This document shows, piece after piece, positions 21,498 to 29,576 of a stretch of 64,000 nt of DNA. The position numbers were made by a program, and so were the translations under genes. This DNA comes from an uncultured Acidobacteriota bacterium (GTDB taxonomy: Bacteria; Acidobacteriota; Thermoanaerobaculia; Gp7-AA8): positions 896,001 to 960,000 of the forward strand of contig CAWGHO010000002.1 of assembly GCA_963822445.1 (NCBI GenBank). The letters are read 5' to 3'. The notes below the pieces were generated by a model. That model had not been told where the DNA came from and searched no databases. It saw only the letters and a list, made by a program, of their open reading frames with translations. Position 1 is the stretch's first letter. Each line of letters opens with the position of its first letter.

Positions 21498-23675
21498 ATG
21501 CGAACTTGGCTGGCCCTGACGTCTTTGTTCCTTCTCTCCGCAATCGAGGTGCAGGGCCAAGGCGACCTGTCTGTCACCAAGACCGCTTCTCCGGCGGTCG
21601 TTCTTGCCGGCGAAGACATCACCTACACCATCGCCGTGACCAACGTCGGTTCGGACTTCATCACGAACATTCTCATTTCCGACTTCGTCCCGGCGAACAC
21701 CACCTTCGTGAGCGCGATTCTCATCGGTGGCGGAACTGCCGGCGGATGCGCGCCGCCGCAGGTCACGCAGAACGGCGACGTCGAGTGCAACCTCAACTCG
21801 CTGTCACCGCAGGGCGGCACCCGCTCGTTCTCGATCGTCGTCCGCGTCGATTCGGGTGCCGCCGGCCAGACGATCACCAACACCGCGACGGGCACCATGA
21901 CGCAGGCCGATCCCAACACTGCGAACAACTCATCCACCGCGGTGACGCCTGTGTCGCCGACGCCTCCGACGACTGCCGATCTTGCCGTATCGAAAGGTAA
22001 CGGGGACCGCCCGTTCGTAGGGCGGGGCGAAGTCGCCACGTTTGGGATCGTGGTGACGAACAGTGGACCGCTCGCGGCAGCGAACGTGACGATGAGCGAC
22101 GTCATCCCGGCCCAGACCACGTTCGAATCGCTGACCCAGATCAACGGACCGTCGTTCGGATGCACCACGCCGGCTCAGGGTGCTACCGGCACGGTCAATT
22201 GCTCGATCGCTTCCCTGCCGGATGACGCCAGCGCGAACTTCAGACTGGACGTGCGACTCGATGCGAATGCCACCGGCACCATCACCAACACGGTGACGGC
22301 GTCGACGACGACACCCGATCCCGACTCCAACGACCACTCCGCGACCGCGAGCGTCACCGTGACGAACCCGGGCGCGGATCTCAGCATCACCAAAACCGCC
22401 TCGCCGGCCGTCGTCACGGCCGGCTCCGACATCACCTACACGATCGTGGCGGCGAACGTCGGTTCGGAACTGGCGACGAACGTGCTCATTTCCGATTTCG
22501 TCCCGGCGAACACCACCTTCGTGACCGCGTTTCTCAACGGCGGCGGAACTGCCGGCGGATGCGCGCCGCCGCAGGTCACGCAACAAGGCGACGTTGAATG
22601 CAACCTCACGTCGCTTTCAGCGCAGACCAACCGGTCGTTCACGATCGTCGTCCGCGCCAATCCTGATGCCGTGGGCCAGACGATCACCAACACCGCGACG
22701 ATCACCTCCTCACCGACCGATCCCAACACTACGAACAATTCATCCACCGTGCAGACGCCTGTGTCGGAAGTGCCTCCGACCGACGCCGACGTGTCGGTCT
22801 CCAAAGCGTTGCCGGTGGGAGAGCTCGCGTTCGTCGGTCCGAACGAGATCGCCACGTACGTCATCACGGTCCGCAATGACGGCCCGCTCGCGGCGGTCAA
22901 CTTCACCCTCTCCGACACCATACCCTCCGGCACGACGTTCGATTCGTTCGCGCAGAATTCAGGCCCGGCGTTCACCTGCACGCTGCCCCCCGCGCCTGGC
23001 GCCACCGGGACGGCGAACTGCTCCATCGCCTCGTTCGCCGATCAGGCCATGGCCACGTTCACGCTGACCGTTCGCGCGAACGCGAACGCCACGGGCACGA
23101 TCACGAACACGGCCACGGTTTCATCATCGACTCCCGACCCGAACACCGCGGACAACAGCTCTTCGACGGCCATGACCGTGACCGAAAGCACCGGAGCGGA
23201 CCTGCGTCTGACCAAGACCGCCGATCCAACGACCGCGTCGCCGGGAACCAACATCACTTACAACGTCACCGTCACGAACATCGGCTCGGAGTTCGCGTCG
23301 GGCATCACCATCATCGATCCCATCCCGGCGAACACGACCTTCGTCTCCGTCGTCGAGCCGCCCGGCACGGCAGCCGACTGTTTTCCACCGGTCACGACGA
23401 ACGACGTGCGCTGCACCGTCGGCGGTCTGCTGCCGACGCAATCGTTCACGATGACCTTCGTGGTGCGCGTGAACGACAACGCGACCGGCACGATCACCAA
23501 CACCGCACAGGTCACGTCCAATTCGACCGATCCGGTGGTGCTGAACAACACCGCGGCCGCGGCGACCACGATCGGTAACGCAACCGCCGGGGACATCCCG
23601 CTGCTCGACCCGCGCGCCCTGATCCTTCTCGCAATCGCGCTCGCGATCGGCGGCGCGTTCGCTCTCAAGTCATGA
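21498..23675 (+). CDS. Cell-surface protein with five DUF11 repeats and an IPTL-CTERM-like sorting tail
   Basis: Five (A/G)DL(S/A)(V/I)(T/S)K...ITNTAT...DP...NNSS units; C-terminus DIPLLDPRALILLAIALAIGGAFALKS. Confidence 0.88.
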   Translation: MRTWLALTSLFLLSAIEVQGQGDLSVTKTASPAVVLAGEDITYTIAVTNVGSDFITNILISDFVPANTTFVSAILIGGGTAGGCAPPQVTQNGDVECNLNSLSPQGGTRSFSIVVRVDSGAAGQTITNTATGTMTQADPNTANNSSTAVTPVSPTPPTTADLAVSKGNGDRPFVGRGEVATFGIVVTNSGPLAAANVTMSDVIPAQTTFESLTQINGPSFGCTTPAQGATGTVNCSIASLPDDASANFRLDVRLDANATGTITNTVTASTTTPDPDSNDHSATASVTVTNPGADLSITKTASPAVVTAGSDITYTIVAANVGSELATNVLISDFVPANTTFVTAFLNGGGTAGGCAPPQVTQQGDVECNLTSLSAQTNRSFTIVVRANPDAVGQTITNTATITSSPTDPNTTNNSSTVQTPVSEVPPTDADVSVSKALPVGELAFVGPNEIATYVITVRNDGPLAAVNFTLSDTIPSGTTFDSFAQNSGPAFTCTLPPAPGATGTANCSIASFADQAMATFTLTVRANANATGTITNTATVSSSTPDPNTADNSSSTAMTVTESTGADLRLTKTADPTTASPGTNITYNVTVTNIGSEFASGITIIDPIPANTTFVSVVEPPGTAADCFPPVTTNDVRCTVGGLLPTQSFTMTFVVRVNDNATGTITNTAQVTSNSTDPVVLNNTAAAATTIGNATAGDIPLLDPRALILLAIALAIGGAFALKS

Positions 23676-24137
23676 CGACGTCGTAGCCCGCTGCCGCAGC
23701 ACCTCGTACAACGCCACGCCGACGCACGTCGACAGGTTCAGCGAACGCACGTGCGGCGAGTGGATAGGCATCTTCAACATCCGCTCGCCGTACCGATCGT
23801 GGATCGATTCCGGTAAGCCGCCGGTCTCGCGCCCGAACACGAGCACGACGTCTTCCGGAAACTCGGCGTCCCAGTACATTCGCTCCCCTTTCGTGCTGAA
23901 GAAAAACGGCGTGCCGAGCGTCGGCAACTCGCTTTCGAATGCTTCCCAATCCGGCCAGACGTGCAGGTCGACGTGGCGCCAATAGTCGAGGCCGGCGCGG
24001 CGCACTTCCCGCTCGTCCAGTGAGAATCCGAGCGGCTCGACGAGGTGGAGCGTCGCCCCGGCGGCAAGGCACGATCGCCCCGCATTTCCGGTGTTCCAGT
24101 GAATCTCGGGGTGGACGAGAACGACGTGAACGCTCAT
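23670..24137 (-). CDS. trmL: tRNA (cytidine/uridine-34 2'-O)-methyltransferase
   Basis: HVVLVHPEIHWNTGN, RRAGLDYW, FGRETGGLP, RSLNLS. Start at ATG 24137. Confidence 0.93.
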   Translation of the reverse strand: MSVHVVLVHPEIHWNTGNAGRSCLAAGATLHLVEPLGFSLDEREVRRAGLDYWRHVDLHVWPDWEAFESELPTLGTPFFFSTKGERMYWDAEFPEDVVLVFGRETGGLPESIHDRYGERMLKMPIHSPHVRSLNLSTCVGVALYEVLRQRATTSS

Positions 24138-24152
24138 AGTAAGCAGTCTCCC

Positions 24153-25427
24153 ATGCGCCGCCACGGACTCCTGCTTCTCGTGCTGTTGGTTCCCCTCGTC
24201 GCCCACGCCGGAAAGACGCGCTCCGTACGCCATCTTCCGCCGCCGCCTCCCGTGACCGGTCCGACCTTCAGCAATGAAGTCGTGCGCATCTTTCAGCAGC
24301 ACTGCCAGACCTGTCATCACGAAGGCGACATCGCGCCGTTCTCACTCACCTCGTATGCCGAGGCGAAGCCGCATGCGACGCTGATCAAGCTCATGACCCA
24401 GTCGCGGCAGATGCCGCCGTGGAAACCGACGGAAGGCTGCGGCGACTTCAAAGACGAGCGTCGCCTCACCGACCAGGATATCGACACGATCGTGAAGTGG
24501 GTCGACAACGGCGCGCCCGAGGGCAAGCCAGCCGATCTTCCGGTGCCGCTCGATTTCAGCAGCGGATGGGCGCTCGGCCAGCCCGACGCGATCTACAAAC
24601 TTCCCGAGCCCTTCACGCCGCCCGCAGGTCAGGACACCTACCGCTGCTTCACCATCCCCACGAATCTCACGTCGGCCGCGTACGTGAAAGCCGTCGACAC
24701 AAAGCCGGGCGATCGCGAGACGGTCCATCACGTGATCACCTTCATCGACAGCACCGGAATCTCGGAGAGCCTCGACGCGAAAGATCCGGGGCCCGGCTAC
24801 ACCTGTTTCGGCGGACCCGGCTTCTCCCTTCCGAGCACGCTCGGCGGATGGGCTCCCGGATCACGCCCGCTGGAACTGCCGACCGACACCGCGTTTCAAT
24901 TGCCCGCCGCGTCGCGCGTCGTCATCCAGGTGCATTACCACCCGCACGGCGGCCACGGCCATCCCGATCAGACCGAGGTCGGCGTCTACTTCGCCGACAA
25001 GGCGCCGAAGTCGCTGATGCGGATCGCGCCGATCTTCAACAACACCTTCACCATTCCGCCCAACGCCAGCGATTACGAAGTCTTCGGAACGGTGCCCTTC
25101 AACATTCCGATGCCGGCCGCGCAGCTCTGGTTCATCGCCCCGCACATGCATCTCCTCGGCAGGACCATGAAAGTCGAGGCGACGCTTCCTGACGGTGCGA
25201 AGCAATGCCTGATCAACATCGACGACTGGGATTTCAACTGGCAGGGCTCGTACCGCTTCAAGGATGCGGTGGCGATTCCCGCCGGTACGACGCTGACGCT
25301 CCGGGCGACTTACGACAATTCGTCATCGAATCCGCGCAACCCGAACAATCCGCCCAGGGCGGTGTCGTGGGGCGAGGAGACGACGGACGAGATGTGTCTG
25401 GCGTTCGTGGGATTCACGCTGGATTAG
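24153..25427 (+). CDS. Exported cytochrome c plus copper type II ascorbate-dependent monooxygenase-like protein
   Basis: Signal peptide, CQTCH heme motif with MPPW, VHH, QVHY, PHMHL and DEMC copper-site motifs. Confidence 0.85.
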   Translation: MRRHGLLLLVLLVPLVAHAGKTRSVRHLPPPPPVTGPTFSNEVVRIFQQHCQTCHHEGDIAPFSLTSYAEAKPHATLIKLMTQSRQMPPWKPTEGCGDFKDERRLTDQDIDTIVKWVDNGAPEGKPADLPVPLDFSSGWALGQPDAIYKLPEPFTPPAGQDTYRCFTIPTNLTSAAYVKAVDTKPGDRETVHHVITFIDSTGISESLDAKDPGPGYTCFGGPGFSLPSTLGGWAPGSRPLELPTDTAFQLPAASRVVIQVHYHPHGGHGHPDQTEVGVYFADKAPKSLMRIAPIFNNTFTIPPNASDYEVFGTVPFNIPMPAAQLWFIAPHMHLLGRTMKVEATLPDGAKQCLINIDDWDFNWQGSYRFKDAVAIPAGTTLTLRATYDNSSSNPRNPNNPPRAVSWGEETTDEMCLAFVGFTLD

Positions 25428-25441
25428 AGCCCCCGCCAAAG

Positions 25442-25469
25442 GTAGGCCGGAGGCCCACACTACACGGGG
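25442..25469. repeat. REP-like element, family B, copy 2 (single arm)
   Basis: GTAGGCCGGAGGCCCACACTACACGGGG is identical to 12917-12944. Confidence 0.9.
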
Positions 25470-25488
25470 CTACAATTCGGGCATCCCC

Positions 25489-27609
25489 ATGTCCTCCAAC
25501 CGGCCGTCTCAGTCCGCGAGCGTGCTCCGTTTCGATCTCGCGTTCCAGCGCAATCACCTGCTGGTCTACTCGCTGGCGCTGCTGACCGCACTCGCCGGAA
25601 AAGTCCTGGGCGTCTTTCCGCTGCGGCTCGACGTCGCGATCGTTTACTACCTCTTCGCCTGCCTCACGTCCGTCGCGCTCTACTTCCTCTTCGCGCGCGG
25701 CATCGATCGCCGGTATCTCAATCCGATCTGGCTGACCGTCGACATCTTCTACGTCACGCTCGGCGTGTACGTGACCGGCGGCATCGTCAGCCCCTGGTAC
25801 ATCTGGTACGTGGCCAGCGCCTCGGCGGCGGCGTTCGCGATCGGAAAGAAAGCGGCGTACTGGGCCAGCCTCGCGAACACGGCCGGGTATCTGACCACGC
25901 TCTATCTGATGGGCCAGGCCACGTTCTTCAACGACACCATGCTCCTGGCCATCTCGCGCATGGTGTTCGTCTTCGGCGCCTCCTACTTCTTCCTCATCGG
26001 CGTCGCGAACCTGCAGGAGAAGCGCCTCCGCATCCGGCAGCTCGAGGCGGTGGAGAGCCAGAAAGTCCAGGAGCTCACCCGGCTCAGCGAAGAGCTCGCG
26101 GATGCCAATCGCCGCATTCAGGACGCCGACCGTCTCAAGAGCCAGTTCCTGGCGAACATGAGCCACGAGCTGCGCACGCCGATGAACTCGATCATCGGTT
26201 TCTCGGAGATTCTCGTGGAGCGCCTCGACGGCAAGGTCGAGCCGAAGCACCTCGGCTTCCTCAGGCACATCCACTCCTCCGGCCAGCACCTCCTCGGCAT
26301 CATCAACGACATCCTCGACCTCTCGAAGATCGAGGCCGGGAAGATGGAGATCTATCCCGAGTTCTTCTCCATTCCGCAGGTCATCGAGAGCGTCTGTCAC
26401 GTGATGCGGGGGATGTCCAAACGCGCCACGCCGCCCACCTTCATCATCGACGTTCCGGAGGATCTGCCACAGATCGAGACCGATCTCGCCAAGTTCAAGC
26501 AGGTGCTCTTCAACCTGATCTCGAACGCAGTGAAGTTCTCACCGGCGCAGCAGCCGATCACGATCAGCGCGCGGCTCGCCGACAATGCCGTGACGGTGTC
26601 GGTGCGCGACGAAGGCATCGGCATCGATCCGAAGCATCACGCGATCATCTTCGAGGAGTTCCGCCAGGTCGACGGGACGGCGCGGCGCGAGTTCGGCGGA
26701 ACCGGCCTCGGTCTGGCGCTGGTGAAGAAATTCGTCGAGCTGCAGGGCGGCCGCGTCGCCGTCGAGAGCAAGCTCGATCGCGGCAGCACGTTCTCGTTCA
26801 CGCTGCCGGTGCGCTCACGCGCCGCGGTCGTCACGCGCGTTCAGGAATTGGTCCCGCCGCATCAGCGCTCCTCGCGCGTGCTGGTCGTCGAAGATGATCC
26901 GAATGCGTACGAGCTCATCGCCTCCGCGCTCCGATCGGCCGGATACCTGTCGATCCGCGCGCGGCACGGGGACGAAGCGGTGCGCATGGCCCGCGAATCC
27001 CATCCCGCCGCGGTGACGCTCGACCTCGTCCTTCCCGGTCTCGACGGCTGGGAAGTGCTCAAGCAACTCAAAGGCGACGCCGACACGCGCCACATCCCGG
27101 TGGTGATCATCTCCATGATCGACAACCGCGACCTGGGCATGGCCCTCGGCGCAGACGACTATTTCGTCAAGCCCGTCGATCGCGAGCGGCTGCTGGAGCG
27201 GCTGCGCTCGATCACGTCCCGCAGCGGCAACGGCACCCCGCCGCGACTGCTGCTGATCGACGACGACGCCGCGGTGCACGCGCTGCTCGACGAGGACCTG
27301 GCCGGCCTCGGCTACGCGATCGAGAAAGTGTTCAACGGCGAGGACGGACTGCGCGTCGCCGACGAGACCTCGCCGGACGTGATCATCCTCGACCTGATGA
27401 TGCCTGGCATGAGCGGATTCGAAGTGGCCGGTTCACTGAAGGAAAACCCGCGCACCGCGGACATCCCCATCCTCGTGCTGACGTCGAAGGAGATCTCCAA
27501 TCAGGACCGCGCGCTGCTGCACATGAAGGTCTCGAGCTTCGTGCAGAAGGGGACCTCGGCGCGCGAGCAGCTGGTGCGCGAGATCCGCCGCGTTACCGGT
27601 GTGGTGTAG
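25489..27609 (+). CDS. Membrane hybrid sensor histidine kinase with two receiver domains
   Basis: About 5-6 TMs, FLANMSHELRTP, NAVKF, DEGIGI, GGTGLGL, two REC domains (LDLVLPG, LDLMMPG). Confidence 0.95.
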   Translation: MSSNRPSQSASVLRFDLAFQRNHLLVYSLALLTALAGKVLGVFPLRLDVAIVYYLFACLTSVALYFLFARGIDRRYLNPIWLTVDIFYVTLGVYVTGGIVSPWYIWYVASASAAAFAIGKKAAYWASLANTAGYLTTLYLMGQATFFNDTMLLAISRMVFVFGASYFFLIGVANLQEKRLRIRQLEAVESQKVQELTRLSEELADANRRIQDADRLKSQFLANMSHELRTPMNSIIGFSEILVERLDGKVEPKHLGFLRHIHSSGQHLLGIINDILDLSKIEAGKMEIYPEFFSIPQVIESVCHVMRGMSKRATPPTFIIDVPEDLPQIETDLAKFKQVLFNLISNAVKFSPAQQPITISARLADNAVTVSVRDEGIGIDPKHHAIIFEEFRQVDGTARREFGGTGLGLALVKKFVELQGGRVAVESKLDRGSTFSFTLPVRSRAAVVTRVQELVPPHQRSSRVLVVEDDPNAYELIASALRSAGYLSIRARHGDEAVRMARESHPAAVTLDLVLPGLDGWEVLKQLKGDADTRHIPVVIISMIDNRDLGMALGADDYFVKPVDRERLLERLRSITSRSGNGTPPRLLLIDDDAAVHALLDEDLAGLGYAIEKVFNGEDGLRVADETSPDVIILDLMMPGMSGFEVAGSLKENPRTADIPILVLTSKEISNQDRALLHMKVSSFVQKGTSAREQLVREIRRVTGVV

Positions 27610-27669
27610 GCCTCTGGCCTGCCCGTGGTTACCCCCGCCCTAAGGCAGGCCGGAGGCCTGCACCACACC
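27598..27669. repeat. REP-like palindromic doublet, family B, copy 3 (variant)
   Basis: GGTGTGGTGTAGGCCTCTGGCCTGCC (27598-27623) / GGCAGGCCGGAGGCCTGCACCACACC (27644-27669); spans the ends of both convergent genes. Confidence 0.85.
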
Positions 27670-28500
27670 AGCGATCGCCGCGCGCGTCACCGCGGCGATG
27701 TCGTCTTCGGCCTTCTCAGTGGTCGCCATCTTGCGGCCTTTGGTGAACACGGCGATGGCGACGTGATCGCCATCCGGCAGCGTCACGACGGCGACGTGAT
27801 TGGTGCTCCCCTGCATCGTTCCGGTGCGATGCGCGACGCGTGAGCCGGGCGGAACGCCGGCTTTGATCCGCCGCTCGCCGCGTTTCGCCTCGGTCATCAG
27901 TTTCACGAGCAGCTCATGACTCTTGTCGGATAACCCGGCGCGGCGTTGCCAGAACGCAACGAGCAAATCAGCCATCGCGTCCGGCGTCGACGTGTCGCGC
28001 GCGTCGCGCAGAAACGCCAACTCGCCGCCCGGCTTGCTCAGGTCGAGCACGATCTGCTTTTCCGAGCGATCGACGCGAACGCCGCCGATAGCCAGCTCGC
28101 GCACCCGTCTGGTCACCGCCTCCGGCCCGCCAACCAGCGCCAGCAACGTATCGGCGGCAGTGTTGTCGCCGGTTACGACCATCAGCTCGAGCAGCTCACC
28201 GACGGTGAACGTGACCGGTTTGCCGTTGGCCTCGTCGCGAACGGGACTGTGGCCGAGGGAGAAATCCTCCGGCTCGATGGTGATGCGTTTGCTCAGCGAC
28301 ATCGTGCCCGTATCGACGCGGCGCAGGACCTTCAGCGCCGTCGGAAACTTGAAGACGCTGGCCATCGGAAACGCTTCCGTCCCTCGCACACTCACGCGGC
28401 GTCCGGACTCGAGATGAATCGCGGTCACACCGATGACGGCGTCACTGGTTTGCGGCGGAAGCTGGAACAGCGCGGCAAGGACGATCAGGGCGAAGGTCAT
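27640..28500 (-). CDS. Class A beta-lactamase-family protein
   Basis: FPMASVFK (SxxK), GDNTAAD, DRSE (E166-like), DTSTP, HRTG; signal peptide. Confidence 0.85.
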   Translation of the reverse strand: MTFALIVLAALFQLPPQTSDAVIGVTAIHLESGRRVSVRGTEAFPMASVFKFPTALKVLRRVDTGTMSLSKRITIEPEDFSLGHSPVRDEANGKPVTFTVGELLELMVVTGDNTAADTLLALVGGPEAVTRRVRELAIGGVRVDRSEKQIVLDLSKPGGELAFLRDARDTSTPDAMADLLVAFWQRRAGLSDKSHELLVKLMTEAKRGERRIKAGVPPGSRVAHRTGTMQGSTNHVAVVTLPDGDHVAIAVFTKGRKMATTEKAEDDIAAVTRAAIAGVVQASGLP

Positions 28501-29555
28501 AACGCACGGAACGCCTTGTCGTACCCGGTCATTTCGACGTACCCCTCACCGCGCACACCCACGCCGCCGAACGATCCGCTCACGTTCACCGCCCCTTCCC
28601 AGTACGTCACGCGCGTCGAGCCGCGGGTCAGCAGCTCCTGATCGCGCAGAACCGGTTCCAGAGTGAGGGACACGTTCAGGGACGGCAGCTCGATCCGCCA
28701 GCCCATCGGATAGCGGGCCTTGCTCTTCGAAGACGTCCAGTGGTCGGTAACCACGATGCGCATCTGGTCGCGGCGGAGATGAATCACCCGGCCGTCGCTC
28801 GTGATCAGCGAACCGGACGAGCTCACATCCGGCGTCCCGTCCGTCCTGCGGATGATGTACAGCATCAGCTCCGCGTCGTTGTCGAGCTGCACCGAGAACC
28901 AGTCCCAACCCTGCTGGTTCTCGCGCAACGCGGCGCTGCCGAACTCGTGATCCATCCACGCCTGCCCCGTGCAGCGCGCGCCGTTCACGGAGCCCGTCAC
29001 TTCGAGCCGGGTCATGGAGTAGTAGTGCGACGCGTAGCCGGGAAAGGGCGCCTTCACACTGACTCCGTTCTCGCCATGAATCGCCGGAGCCTTCCGCGAG
29101 CGGAGCGTGAGATCGATGGAATCTTTCCCTTCCGCGGCGATCAATCGCCACGAGCCGTCCGGATTCGTGAGAACCCGCCAGGACTCGTTAAACACCGCCA
29201 GCCGCCCTTCCGCCGCATCAGCGGTGAACTTCGAGCCGCGATTGAACTTCTCGTAGTAGCGGAAGGCTTTGCCATCGACGTCCGTGATCGCGAAATGCGC
29301 CGGCATGATGTGCCTGAGGTCCCACTCGCTGTCCTTCGCGGACGTGGAGACGCCGACGCGGAAGAACGTGACCTCGAAGCCGTAGCGCCGCCCGCTTTCC
29401 GTGCGCAGATGACCGGTGTAGTACCACCACTCGGTTTGATAGGCGGGGTGCGAGCCGTGGTCGCGCGGGAAGGAGAACTCATAACCGGGCGCGGCCGGCT
29501 GGAAGCCACCCGCCACAGCGAGCAAAACACCGAACGTAGCGGCCGTAACCCACAC
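28497..29555 (-). CDS. AttH-like / CrtC-lipocalin-domain hydrolase-like protein
   Basis: FPRDHGSHP....EWWYYTG, SHYYS, WMDHEF, GWDWF, YWEGAV, GYVEMTGY. True start probably GTG 29555; the longer ORF is antisense to the next gene. Confidence 0.85.
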   Translation of the reverse strand: MWVTAATFGVLLAVAGGFQPAAPGYEFSFPRDHGSHPAYQTEWWYYTGHLRTESGRRYGFEVTFFRVGVSTSAKDSEWDLRHIMPAHFAITDVDGKAFRYYEKFNRGSKFTADAAEGRLAVFNESWRVLTNPDGSWRLIAAEGKDSIDLTLRSRKAPAIHGENGVSVKAPFPGYASHYYSMTRLEVTGSVNGARCTGQAWMDHEFGSAALRENQQGWDWFSVQLDNDAELMLYIIRRTDGTPDVSSSGSLITSDGRVIHLRRDQMRIVVTDHWTSSKSKARYPMGWRIELPSLNVSLTLEPVLRDQELLTRGSTRVTYWEGAVNVSGSFGGVGVRGEGYVEMTGYDKAFRAL

Positions 29556-29576
29556 GGCGGCATAATAGCCACTCCC

